Source of the DNA: a virus
Strand: one strand, 5' to 3'
Virus record (IMG/VR): IMGVR_UViG_3300042321_002027
DNA: 64,000 nt
Every line of letters begins with the position of its first letter. The first letter of the stretch is position 1. Positions 24,386-33,625 of this stretch are shown piece by piece. Both the position numbers and the translations under genes were made by a program. The notes below the pieces were generated by a model. It was given only the letters and a program-made list of their open reading frames with translations, was not told where the DNA came from and searched no databases.

Positions 24386-25089
24386 GTAAAAAAATCGTTT
24401 AACGAATTCAATTCGATTTTTCTATCATTGCCTAATTTGTTCTTATAGTTTATGACGTAGTTAATTTTCGGTGTGCTCAACAAGAAATCATGAACTTTTT
24501 CGAAAACTTTGACGTTTAAGCTCTCAACAAACTCTGAAATATCTTTTTTTGAGAAATTTTTAGTCTCATAAACCTCATCACCATCGTAAATTTTGTCGAT
24601 ACATCTTAAAATCAACTCAAAAAGGTGATCTTTTTCTAATTTTAAAAATTCTTCATCAGAATATAGTGATGCAGGAGGGTATTTTAGGATTAAACCCGCT
24701 GTTTCGTTGATTTTGATGATATTTTCGGTTTTTTTAGGGAAAGTTACTTGAATTTCTTCTAAATTTACATCAAAATCATAAACATTTTTGTCTTCATTAT
24801 CTTTTAATGATATTTTGATGATGCTATCTACAGAAAACGACCTTAATTTCAAGAAAATATACTCTAAATCAAAAATCGCAATTGAGTCGACGTCAAATTT
24901 CTTGTCTAAACAACAATTTTGAACAATTTGTTTGATTACTACAAGAATATCAGAGTCGTTTTTGCTTTCTTTCGCCATAAAAAGAAGCTTTTCTTCTTTT
25001 ACAAGAAATGGCCTGAACATAAATTCCTTTTTTAAGGAAGGAACTTTGATATTAAGTATTGGATAATCTATTTTTGGCAAAGATGACAT
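24376..25089 (-). CDS. gp26: Baseplate hub subunit/assembly protein gp26
   Basis: LPKIDYP...FRPFLVKEEKLL...FDLEYIFLKLRSFSV...DFF. Confidence 0.85.
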   Translation of the reverse strand: MSSLPKIDYPILNIKVPSLKKEFMFRPFLVKEEKLLFMAKESKNDSDILVVIKQIVQNCCLDKKFDVDSIAIFDLEYIFLKLRSFSVDSIIKISLKDNEDKNVYDFDVNLEEIQVTFPKKTENIIKINETAGLILKYPPASLYSDEEFLKLEKDHLFELILRCIDKIYDGDEVYETKNFSKKDISEFVESLNVKVFEKVHDFLLSTPKINYVINYKNKLGNDRKIELNSLNDFFTWR

Positions 25090-25104
25090 TATTTACTCCA
25101 TATT

Positions 25105-25797
25105 TTAAGCTGTTATCACTCCAGTAGAAGTGGTGATCGAGACACGGTCAGTAGAAGGTGTTGTTGCGTTAGAATTTATGTTACTTCCTACGATTGAATA
25201 GCTAGAGTACGTTACAGTTATGGCTATACGCATAAGATTAACATTGTCGTTCCAAGCTAACTGAATTTCTCTCATAGAAGAAGGGTATGCTTCATAAAGA
25301 TTTATAGTTTTTACTGTTTCTCCAACATCATTATAAATCACTATCATCATATTTGTTGAATATTCGTCTTTATACTCAATGGTATAATTTGGTATTCTAC
25401 CACCGTTGAAAATATTATCTCCATTTGGTTCTTGGCCATTAAAATTGAAGATACCGTTTATCCAATTGTACCAAAAGTCCCAAAGATCAGTATTTCTGTC
25501 TAGTAGGATAGAAAATGTGGTGTCGAAATATTGAGCATTGTACGGCATCTTTTGTGTTGGGCCAATGCCGTATCTGTTAGTGTCGATTGATAACAAAGAT
25601 GCGCTAGGAGTGCGAACTTGGTCTATTCTGAACCTTAAAAGATTGTTTATATCTTTTATGCTCGTTTCTCTATCATTTATTTTCATGTATTTGTTTTGCA
25701 AAAATTTAGGCGCTTGAACGAACACTTCAAATTTGTTATTTTTGATGTATCCAAAGAAATCTAAATTTTGTTTGAAGCTATTTACGTTAAAAGGCAT
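25105..25797 (-). CDS. Tail-tube-like baseplate protein (gp54/gp19 fold)
   Basis: YGIGPTQKMPY...FWYNWIN...YKDEY...LYEAYP..M.EIQLAW. Confidence 0.65.
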   Translation of the reverse strand: MPFNVNSFKQNLDFFGYIKNNKFEVFVQAPKFLQNKYMKINDRETSIKDINNLLRFRIDQVRTPSASLLSIDTNRYGIGPTQKMPYNAQYFDTTFSILLDRNTDLWDFWYNWINGIFNFNGQEPNGDNIFNGGRIPNYTIEYKDEYSTNMMIVIYNDVGETVKTINLYEAYPSSMREIQLAWNDNVNLMRIAITVTYSSYSIVGSNINSNATTPSTDRVSITTSTGVITA

Positions 25798-25805
25798 TTC
25801 TTTTC

Positions 25806-26387
25806 CTAGTATGGAGGTTTTCTTGCGTATTTTCTGTTAGGATTGATTTGCCATCTTTGTAAAGGAAGCAAAACAGCTTTGTCCCAATCGTAAGGCGAAA
25901 CTTGATGAAAACTGCTTCTTACATGAGCAAACAAATATCTTTTTATGCAATTTTCGAACCCGTTAAACTGAATAGAGTGAGCTTTCAACACATTATATGA
26001 AATTGCCAATTTGGTAGAGTTATCATATTTATCATTGTTCGCTAGATCTTTTAAATTTGTTAAAAGTTTAGCTCTGGCTAATGGTGGAAGATAGTGTAAG
26101 TTGATACCCAAGAAACCGTCAGAATAGAACTCTATAGGGAAAACTAAAGGATATGCATCGTAATAAGGTAATATGTTTTTGTACTTTGGATCGTAAGCAA
26201 ACATGTACATTTGGCCGATTTCAGGAAATGCATCTTTAGTAAAAACATTATTTTGGTTTCTGGATAGTTTTTTAGATACATCCGAAGCTTTGTCTTTGAA
26301 CCAATCAATAGCGGTTTTCGCACTGCTGGCTAGCTCTTTTCCGGTGTTTTTTAGTAATTGGAAAAATTCATCGTCTTGACCAGCCAT
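25806..26387 (-). CDS. gp2: DNA end protector gp2
   Basis: GQMYMFAYDPKYK..LPYYDAYPLV...GFLGINLHYLPP...CIKRYL. Confidence 0.92.
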   Translation of the reverse strand: MAGQDDEFFQLLKNTGKELASSAKTAIDWFKDKASDVSKKLSRNQNNVFTKDAFPEIGQMYMFAYDPKYKNILPYYDAYPLVFPIEFYSDGFLGINLHYLPPLARAKLLTNLKDLANNDKYDNSTKLAISYNVLKAHSIQFNGFENCIKRYLFAHVRSSFHQVSPYDWDKAVLLPLQRWQINPNRKYARKPPY

Positions 26388-26827
26388 TATTTAATCCCTA
26401 ATTCTTTCTCTGTGAAAATATGGAAAGTCCAGCCTCTGTCTTTACAAAATTCATAGGCGGCTTTCCATTTAGCTTCATTCGTTCCCCAAGTTTTTACCTC
26501 GGTCAAAAACGTTTTTTGTTTTTTGCCTTTGGTGTTTTTTGGTGGAATAGTTTGTACATAAGGTTTTACTTCTATCAAAATAGTTTCTTTCTTACCATCA
26601 CTATTTATTTTTGTAACGATAAAGTCCGGAAAGTATCTGTGTATTTTTCCATCTATAGGAGATCTGTATGGTATTATTATTTCTTCAGATCCCCAACTCA
26701 AAATATCCTTTCTAGAATCTAAATAAAGCATGAGTTTGAGTTCCCAACCCGAACGATATACAATATTTGTTGGGTCGCCTTTGTATTTTTGTGGATTTTT
26801 AGGTTTAAAGAGTCCTTGTATCGGCAT
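26387..26827 (-). CDS. gp4: Head completion nuclease gp4
   Basis: FKPKNPQKYKGD...YRSGWE...WGSEE...HRYFPDF...IEVKP...NEAKWKAA. Confidence 0.93.
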   Translation of the reverse strand: MPIQGLFKPKNPQKYKGDPTNIVYRSGWELKLMLYLDSRKDILSWGSEEIIIPYRSPIDGKIHRYFPDFIVTKINSDGKKETILIEVKPYVQTIPPKNTKGKKQKTFLTEVKTWGTNEAKWKAAYEFCKDRGWTFHIFTEKELGIK

Positions 26828-26882
26828 AAAAAACGTAATAAATAATAACAACAAGTTATTTATGTAGCATAAGATAAAGAGA

Positions 26883-27614
26883 ATGCCATTTCCATCAACC
26901 ACTTCAAATATCCCAAATTTCCCTAAACCATTAGACAGAAATGAAAATTCTGGTCCTTTGGTTTTTCCAAACGATTTGACAAACAGCACTGGTAGAAATT
27001 TCTACACACAAATACAATTCGTTCAATATTCTATATTCCAACAAATAAATTTTATGGGTTCGTATGCATTGCCATCCGGCGGTATGAAGCTTCCTATACC
27101 TTCTAAAGTAAACGACAACTTAATTTTACATTGGAGCCCAGTTTCTTTAACCGAATCTGTGTTAGGTGCAGCGGGTTCTTTTGGTAAAGGCGCTGGTCTT
27201 GTAGCACAATTAGGCGGTGCTGCGGTTCCTGGAGGACTTGCACTTAATCCATTGATGTTTTTGCTTTTCCAAAGACCTGAATACAGACAATTTTCGCTAA
27301 GTTGGTTGTTAACTCCAAGAAACGAAAAAGAATCTAACACAATTAAGAACATAGTTACTAAGTGCAAGAGGGCTGCTTCTCCTGACAGATTTGGTCCGTT
27401 TCTTATGACATATCCACAAGTAGCTCTAATTAAGATGTATCCAAATGATATTTTCGGGCAAATGATATTTAAACCTTGTATTATAACATCTGTTCAAGTT
27501 AATTACACAAATGCTCCAACTCCAGCTTTCCATAAAAATGGAGCTCCTGCAGCAGTTGCATTAACATTGAATCTGATGGAAATGCAGTTCTGGTTCAGAA
27601 ACGAGATAACCTAA
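26883..27614 (+). CDS. gp48: Baseplate tail-tube cap gp48-like
   Basis: NPLMFLLFQRPEYRQFSLSWLLTPRNEKES...CIITSVQVNY...LTLNLME; synteny. Confidence 0.75.
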   Translation: MPFPSTTSNIPNFPKPLDRNENSGPLVFPNDLTNSTGRNFYTQIQFVQYSIFQQINFMGSYALPSGGMKLPIPSKVNDNLILHWSPVSLTESVLGAAGSFGKGAGLVAQLGGAAVPGGLALNPLMFLLFQRPEYRQFSLSWLLTPRNEKESNTIKNIVTKCKRAASPDRFGPFLMTYPQVALIKMYPNDIFGQMIFKPCIITSVQVNYTNAPTPAFHKNGAPAAVALTLNLMEMQFWFRNEIT

Positions 27615-28492
27615 TGACAGACAGATATTTCGATAAGTTTCCTTTAATAACTTACGCTAACAACACTATCGTAGATATTACCAGAAAAGTTACCCTTTTG
27701 GACAAAGTCTCTAGTAACCCATATGCATTTTACCCGTTTGAGATAACAAATTACGAAAGACCAGACCAGCTTTGTAATCGATACTACAACGATTCGTACA
27801 AAACTTGGTTGATATATTTGGCTAACAACATTAAAGATCCGTATTATGAATGGTATTTGTCAGAAGACGAGCTAAATGAGTTCGTAGAGTTAAAATACGG
27901 TTCTTTTTATAAAGCACAAACTAAGATAAAATTTTACAGGAATGATTGGGAAAATAAAGAACCGATATCAAAGAGCGAATACAACGCATTAACTCCTGGT
28001 CAGAAAAAATATTGGAATCCAAATTATGGTATGGGTTCTTCGGTAATTGACTATTCTAGAAAAGAAATAGACTGGTCATCAACAACCAACAAGATAATTT
28101 CTTATGCTGTAAGTAATACAAACTTTATTACAGACGAGTTATGTAACATTCGTTTACAAGGCGAGTATATTGGTAAAGGTCAAATAGTAGCTACTACCAA
28201 CACGAATATATATCTACAGCATGTGTACGGCTCTTTCTTTACCAGTGATGTAATAACTTTAAGCGGCAATAGCTATATCTTTGGAACAGAAAGCAATTGT
28301 AATGCAGTTGTAACTGCAGTTTCTTCATCGGCTAATAATATAGCAGAAGAAGAATTAGTTTATTGGAAACCAATCACTTACTATGACTATGAAGTAGAAA
28401 GAAACGAATACAACAAGTCAATAAGAGTTATTGACAGCAACCAAGCATCTGTAGCAGTAGATAATTTGAGAGTTCTTTTGGAGACTGAATAA
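27614..28492 (+). CDS. gp53: Baseplate wedge gp53
   Basis: YFDKFPLITY...ERPDQL..RYY....WLIYLANNI.DPYYEW...YDYE...NE.NKSI. Confidence 0.85.
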   Translation: MTDRYFDKFPLITYANNTIVDITRKVTLLDKVSSNPYAFYPFEITNYERPDQLCNRYYNDSYKTWLIYLANNIKDPYYEWYLSEDELNEFVELKYGSFYKAQTKIKFYRNDWENKEPISKSEYNALTPGQKKYWNPNYGMGSSVIDYSRKEIDWSSTTNKIISYAVSNTNFITDELCNIRLQGEYIGKGQIVATTNTNIYLQHVYGSFFTSDVITLSGNSYIFGTESNCNAVVTAVSSSANNIAEEELVYWKPITYYDYEVERNEYNKSIRVIDSNQASVAVDNLRVLLETE

Positions 28493-29736
28493 TGGCTATT
28501 GGAGATATTAAATTTTCTGAATTGAAAATTGGTGGTGTTGATTTAAATGATCCTAATCAAGCTTATCCAGACGAAATAAACATATATGAAGACATTTTAA
28601 ATTCTTATGGTCCAGCTATAGAAATAAGAGTTATTGATCCAACAGATGCCTTCGGTAAAAACAACATTAATGGATCTTACGATCAAGACATAATCATTTC
28701 ATTTTCTGATGATATGGGTAAAACTGTAAGGTTTAAATTCAAACAGCTTGAAAATTCAAATTTGACAGACGAAGCTCAATTTAAGCAAGGTTCTTTGCAT
28801 GCTAAAAGTTCCACTGTAAAAGGTGTAAGTCCAGAACTATTAAACGCTCAAGGACATTATGTACAAAAAAGCTGGGAAGATAAAACAACCAATATTGCTA
28901 GAGACATATTGAAAGACAATTATAAAACAGACAAGCAAATTGAAATTGATGACGATTCTAAAGAAAAAAGAAGATGGATTGCCTCTAACGAGCATCCACT
29001 AAAACAGTTACAAAAGTTAAACGAAGAACACGTGGCAACGCAAAGCCAATCTTCAACTTATGTTATATTTCCAAAACAAGAAAAAGGCAATTCAAAATAT
29101 AAAATAACTACTTACGAAAAGTTATTCCAACAAAGCCCAGTAGCAACGATAAAACAATCAACAGTTCTTGATACCTCTGCCTCTACTGAAGAAGATAAAA
29201 GAAATTCTATAATGTGGATGAACGTCGGCGAGTCTTTTTATAGTGGTTCTAGACATCTAACAAAATCTTCAGAACAAACTACAAATCTTTTTACACATAA
29301 GATCGTACAAACAGACTCTATACAAACTAAATTTGTTTTACCAGGTAAAGAAGTATATCAAGGGCAAACATCAAATCATAATGTTGTTCCGCAAAGAAAA
29401 ATATATAGTAAACTAAATGAACCAAAAGAACAAAGAATAACACCAGCTGACGCTAAAACAAAAAGGGCTGAATTTCTTTCTCATTTGGCACAAAATTCAG
29501 CTGAATTAGAAATACCAGGAAATCCAGATATAACTTTAGGTTCAATGATAACTTTGCAAATACCCAAAAAAGTAGATGCAGGATTAGGCGGTGGTAATGA
29601 AATGCAATTCAATGATAAAGTTTTAGTAGTAGGTGTTAGACACAGAATAAAACCAGCAGGTAAAACACCTAGATATACTCAAGTGTTAAAAGTTGTGAAA
29701 GCATCTTTTTCTCAAGGCGGTGGAGGCAGTGCTTAA
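28492..29736 (+). CDS. Baseplate hub protein (gp27-like)
   Basis: INIYEDI...; IPGNPDITLGSMI...LVVGVRHRI; lies between gp53 and gp5. Confidence 0.6.
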   Translation: MAIGDIKFSELKIGGVDLNDPNQAYPDEINIYEDILNSYGPAIEIRVIDPTDAFGKNNINGSYDQDIIISFSDDMGKTVRFKFKQLENSNLTDEAQFKQGSLHAKSSTVKGVSPELLNAQGHYVQKSWEDKTTNIARDILKDNYKTDKQIEIDDDSKEKRRWIASNEHPLKQLQKLNEEHVATQSQSSTYVIFPKQEKGNSKYKITTYEKLFQQSPVATIKQSTVLDTSASTEEDKRNSIMWMNVGESFYSGSRHLTKSSEQTTNLFTHKIVQTDSIQTKFVLPGKEVYQGQTSNHNVVPQRKIYSKLNEPKEQRITPADAKTKRAEFLSHLAQNSAELEIPGNPDITLGSMITLQIPKKVDAGLGGGNEMQFNDKVLVVGVRHRIKPAGKTPRYTQVLKVVKASFSQGGGGSA

Positions 29737-30125
29737 TGGCTAAGTTTTTAATTGCAGAAGTAAGACAAGGACCACATAAAGATCCTAGCAACTCAGGTCA
29801 TTGTCAAATACGTATCTACAATAGACAAAATGATGAACAAAATATTAAAGACGAACATTTGAAGTGGGCATGCCCACTTCACCCAATAACATCTGCTGCA
29901 ACTGCAGGAGTAGGTATTATACCTGCAGGTATGATTCCAGGTTCTAGAGTTTTGATAACTTATTTGGATGATGATGAAGGCGAACAATATCCAATAATTC
30001 TTGGTACTTTGGGAAGAGGCGAGTTGCCAGATGAAGATGGTATAGGAAAAAGATCAGATACACAAACGGCTGGTAAAATTGATAATTCTAAACCAAATGA
30101 TAATCCAGTCACAGTAAAGGTTTGA
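29736..30125 (+). CDS. gp5 N-terminal OB-fold module as a separate gene
   Basis: DPSNSGHCQIRI...LKWACP..P.TSA...G.G..P.G..PGSRV...D...QYPIILGTL. Confidence 0.75.
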   Translation: MAKFLIAEVRQGPHKDPSNSGHCQIRIYNRQNDEQNIKDEHLKWACPLHPITSAATAGVGIIPAGMIPGSRVLITYLDDDEGEQYPIILGTLGRGELPDEDGIGKRSDTQTAGKIDNSKPNDNPVTVKV

Positions 30126-30129
30126 AATA

Positions 30130-31440
30130 ATGGCTATTTACAATAATTTAACACAATTAGATGCTGGAAAATCATTTAATTTTTCTATAAATAAAAAAGT
30201 CAGAATTGAAGATTATCCTCCATATGCAACACCTCCTAAACCAAAGGAAGATGGCAAGCAAAATTATGAAGGTAATGCAGTTCCTAATGCACCAAACAGA
30301 GACAAGCCAACAACTGCGGACGCTAAAAAAGGATTAAAAGATTTACCAGCTGCTATGGCTGCAGTAGACCCTAAAGGTTTGTCATCTATAGCCCCGAAGA
30401 TGTATCAGATGTTAGGACAAATTGCTGCTGCCGCTGGTGGTGCATCTGAATCTACTCGAAAACAAACTGTCGAGGATGCTTTGTCTGGTGCGTTAGCTAT
30501 ATTGTCTAACAAGTATACATTTGAATATCTGACTCTAGTTTTCAACAATGCGCTGCAAAATGACGGTGTCAAGCTCATAGACAAAGGTTATCAATCTGTT
30601 GTTAAAAACGCATTGGCAAACCTCTACAAAAATTATTTGACCTATGGTGAGGGAAATATTCCAGAAACAACTTATGAGACAGTAACAACGATTGGAGATG
30701 CACCATCACCAATAGTAACTGATGTTCCAGATTTATACGTTCAGCAATATTATACAAAAGAAAACGATCCGTATCCTGGTTATACTGAATGGATTTCTCA
30801 AGATGGTTCTGATATTGTTTTTACAGAAAGAACAATAGGCGATCCATATTATACTTCTTCTAGCGAAGAGGTTTATTCTGATGCTGAAAAAAAGTTGGCC
30901 ATAGCTTTAGAGCCTTTTGTGATAGAAAATAATTTGACTGCTCCAGAATTAAATGATCTTTTGTTGAGTCAAGAATCCCAAATAGAAAATAATACTGCTG
31001 AAAAAACAGGTGGCAAAAACTCTTCAAAGCAATTAATGAGCGTATTGATGCAATTAGCAGGATATGCTGGAAAAATAGCTAACTTGCAACAATCTCTTCA
31101 ATTGCCTATTTCTGTGTTAAACCAAGGTGGTATTAAAAAATCTCATGAATCTTTCATGAAAAACATTGGTCAATTAAGACAAGCAAAAGATAAGGCAAGA
31201 GAAGCAGCAAAACCTTTATCTGCTGCAGCAGGTTTACTTTCTTCCGTAGGAGCTTTATCAGGGGCGGTTGGTGCTGTTTCTGGAGCTGTTGGTGCAGTAT
31301 CAGGTGCAGTAGGGGCTGTTTCCGGAGCTGTTGGTGCTGTAAGCTCTATTTCTTCTGTCTCTAGTGCAGTTTCCGCTGCACAAACTGTTGTAAAATCAAC
31401 AGAACACGTGAAATCTTTATATAACACTATTACGAGTTAA
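30130..31440 (+). CDS. Uncharacterised virion protein between the gp5 halves
   Basis: 436-aa ORF; C-terminal (GAVGAVS)x4 repeat at 31261-31344. Confidence 0.7.
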   Translation: MAIYNNLTQLDAGKSFNFSINKKVRIEDYPPYATPPKPKEDGKQNYEGNAVPNAPNRDKPTTADAKKGLKDLPAAMAAVDPKGLSSIAPKMYQMLGQIAAAAGGASESTRKQTVEDALSGALAILSNKYTFEYLTLVFNNALQNDGVKLIDKGYQSVVKNALANLYKNYLTYGEGNIPETTYETVTTIGDAPSPIVTDVPDLYVQQYYTKENDPYPGYTEWISQDGSDIVFTERTIGDPYYTSSSEEVYSDAEKKLAIALEPFVIENNLTAPELNDLLLSQESQIENNTAEKTGGKNSSKQLMSVLMQLAGYAGKIANLQQSLQLPISVLNQGGIKKSHESFMKNIGQLRQAKDKAREAAKPLSAAAGLLSSVGALSGAVGAVSGAVGAVSGAVGAVSGAVGAVSSISSVSSAVSAAQTVVKSTEHVKSLYNTITS

Positions 31441-31443
31441 AAT

Positions 31444-32247
31444 ATGGTAGATACTAACAAAAAATTACCTAAGCACGGTTGGGATGATGAAATTGTTCCA
31501 GAACAAGGTTGGGTTACTGGCGAACAAGACATCCTCGGCAGCAAAAACTTCAAATATGCTAATCCTGACAAACCAGAGGATTTTAGCACACAGAAGGTTT
31601 CTGCTACAGGCTCTTATGGAACTACGCAATACGATAAAAACAAAAAAGAAATCGTAACAAACTTATGCGTTGGAGAAATTCGAGGATATACAGCAGGTGG
31701 TTGTTCTTCACAAACAGATGGCCATAAAGACACTAGTGTAGATTCTACTTATCGTGAAAATTGTACAGGAGACAAAGGTGTTTCGAGCAAATCAAGCTTT
31801 GAAGCCGCTACAAACAGTAAATATTCTTCAATATCAGGTTCTTATTATACATTTACAGTCGGACCAAGATCAGAGTCTAAAACGTTTAATGGTACAGACG
31901 GAGACGTTGCAGAAGAATTTTCCGGACATCGCCATTCTGCATACGAAAAAGATAAGGTAGAAGCAGTCAAAGGTAACAAAGTTACCATGATTGAGGAAGG
32001 CGATTACGCCATTCATACTAGTAAAGGTAATTTTGACTTACAAGTAAGTGAAGGCAAGCTTCACTTAATGACTTCTGCTGACGACTTAATCGCTAATAGT
32101 AATGTTAAAGTTTTATTGCAGGTTGGAAATCAGTCAAAAGTTACAGTTGAACCTTCTAAAGTTAGACTAGAAGTTGGTGGTGGTTCTTATATTGAAATTA
32201 CTTCCGGAAGTATAAAAATGGTTTCTCCTCGTATTGACTTAAATTGA
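31444..32247 (+). CDS. gp5 C-terminal beta-helix spike module
   Basis: Beta-strand repeats; ends IKMVSPRIDLN as in gp5/VgrG-type spikes; upstream of PAAR. Confidence 0.65.
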   Translation: MVDTNKKLPKHGWDDEIVPEQGWVTGEQDILGSKNFKYANPDKPEDFSTQKVSATGSYGTTQYDKNKKEIVTNLCVGEIRGYTAGGCSSQTDGHKDTSVDSTYRENCTGDKGVSSKSSFEAATNSKYSSISGSYYTFTVGPRSESKTFNGTDGDVAEEFSGHRHSAYEKDKVEAVKGNKVTMIEEGDYAIHTSKGNFDLQVSEGKLHLMTSADDLIANSNVKVLLQVGNQSKVTVEPSKVRLEVGGGSYIEITSGSIKMVSPRIDLN

Positions 32248-32257
32248 TGGAGGATAT

Positions 32258-32461
32258 ATGGCTCATCAATTTGTTATTTTAAAAAATGGAACTTTAGAAA
32301 CTTACGATAAATATGAAGATATACCTGAAGAATTTGATAACCTTATTAAATTTTTACCCGACATACCTGATGGTCCGCACACACACGAACAACATGAAGA
32401 AATTGATAGTTGGAATGAAAAACTAAAAGAATTGTTAAAGAAAGAAAAAAATTGCCAATAA
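32258..32461 (+). CDS. Small conserved protein (YEDIPEEFDNLIKFLPDIPDGPHTHEQH)
   Basis: Motif typical of the gene next to PAAR in cyanophage-like T4 relatives. Confidence 0.7.
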   Translation: MAHQFVILKNGTLETYDKYEDIPEEFDNLIKFLPDIPDGPHTHEQHEEIDSWNEKLKELLKKEKNCQ

Positions 32462-32904
32462 TAGCTTCTCCAGCTTCTGTACTGACTAGCGTTGAAAGAT
32501 ATCAAACATTTACCGAGACTATTACTTTTTCTGCTGATGCTGGCGAAGTAATATCCAGTGCTAATTGCGTAAAGGGGTTTGTAGATAGCGAGGTTTTAGT
32601 TACTAACGGAGTTTCTACTGTTGTAATAAGCGGCAAGCACACAACAGCGTTTGGGCAAGATGAAGTAAAATATGTAGAAAAAGGAAGTAGCGACAAACTA
32701 CAGACTCCTAGCGTGGTTTACAAGTTTTCTGACGTTCCAGCAAACAAAGATTTATTCGAGGTCAATCAAGACCCTTCTGAAGGTATAACAAGAACTTACA
32801 CAGTAAATGTCACTCATAGTGCAGGATCAAACACTTTCGTTTTTTCTCAATTTGTAGATAATGATGTATCAGCAGGATATAACTTTTTACAGGATTACTA
32901 TTAA
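32452..32904 (+). CDS. Hypothetical beta-rich virion protein
   Basis: ORF in the baseplate operon. Confidence 0.6.
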   Translation: MPIIASPASVLTSVERYQTFTETITFSADAGEVISSANCVKGFVDSEVLVTNGVSTVVISGKHTTAFGQDEVKYVEKGSSDKLQTPSVVYKFSDVPANKDLFEVNQDPSEGITRTYTVNVTHSAGSNTFVFSQFVDNDVSAGYNFLQDYY

Positions 32905-33194
32905 TGCCAGCAGCAACTAGAATAGGTGATGCAGATGTTTCGCATTGCTCAGGTATGGTAAGAGCGCAAGGCTCCCCTAATGTTTTTGTTAATGGTAGAG
33001 CTTGGTCTAGACAAGGGGACAATAATACAGTTCATTTGCTCCCTGGAGATCCTTGTAGACCTCACGCAGCTCCGATAGCTGTTGGTTCTTCGAAAGTATT
33101 TGTTAACGGTAAAGGCGCTGGTAGAATTGGTGATGCAATTGCCGGCTGTACTTCTGTGGCGGCTGGTTCATCTAACGTATTTGCAGGTGGATAA
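32904..33194 (+). CDS. gp5.4: PAAR spike tip protein gp5.4
   Basis: MPAATRIGD...GSPNVFVNG...GSSKVFVNGKGAGRIGD...GSSNVFAG. Confidence 0.93.
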   Translation: MPAATRIGDADVSHCSGMVRAQGSPNVFVNGRAWSRQGDNNTVHLLPGDPCRPHAAPIAVGSSKVFVNGKGAGRIGDAIAGCTSVAAGSSNVFAGG

Positions 33195-33625
33195 TGACTA
33201 GACTTTCTAGAGCAGAAACCTTAATTGGTGGTAACAATAGAAAAATAGAGTATTACTCTGATTTCACCACAAGTTTTACAAAAACTCCTGTTGGCGATCA
33301 GTTAGCTCGAGTAATTAATGAAAAGTCGATAAATCAGTCTTTGAAAAATTTAATTCTCACGAATTTGGGTGAAAGATTATTTCAACCGTATATTGGTTCT
33401 AATGTTCTTGCGACTTTATTTGAACTCAACAATGGTGAAAATTTAAATGACGTAGAATTTTACATTGAAAACACAATTAAAAACAACGAAAGAAGAGTAA
33501 ATTTGCTCGGCGTTGATGTTTCTTTGGGCGATAACGAAAATGAAGTGAAAATATCGATTGTGTACAATACAATAAATAGTCCAGAACAAATAACATTTGA
33601 GTACATTTTAAGAAGAGTTCGATAA
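33194..33625 (+). CDS. gp25: Baseplate wedge gp25
   Basis: SINQSLKNLILTNLGERLFQPYIGS...IKNNERRV. Confidence 0.92.
   Translation: MTRLSRAETLIGGNNRKIEYYSDFTTSFTKTPVGDQLARVINEKSINQSLKNLILTNLGERLFQPYIGSNVLATLFELNNGENLNDVEFYIENTIKNNERRVNLLGVDVSLGDNENEVKISIVYNTINSPEQITFEYILRRVR

Noticed and set aside
26828-26989. N-terminal extension of gp4 in the ORF track
   Set aside because: It overlaps the divergent gp48 start and AT-rich late-promoter region; gp4 homology begins at MPIQG (26827).
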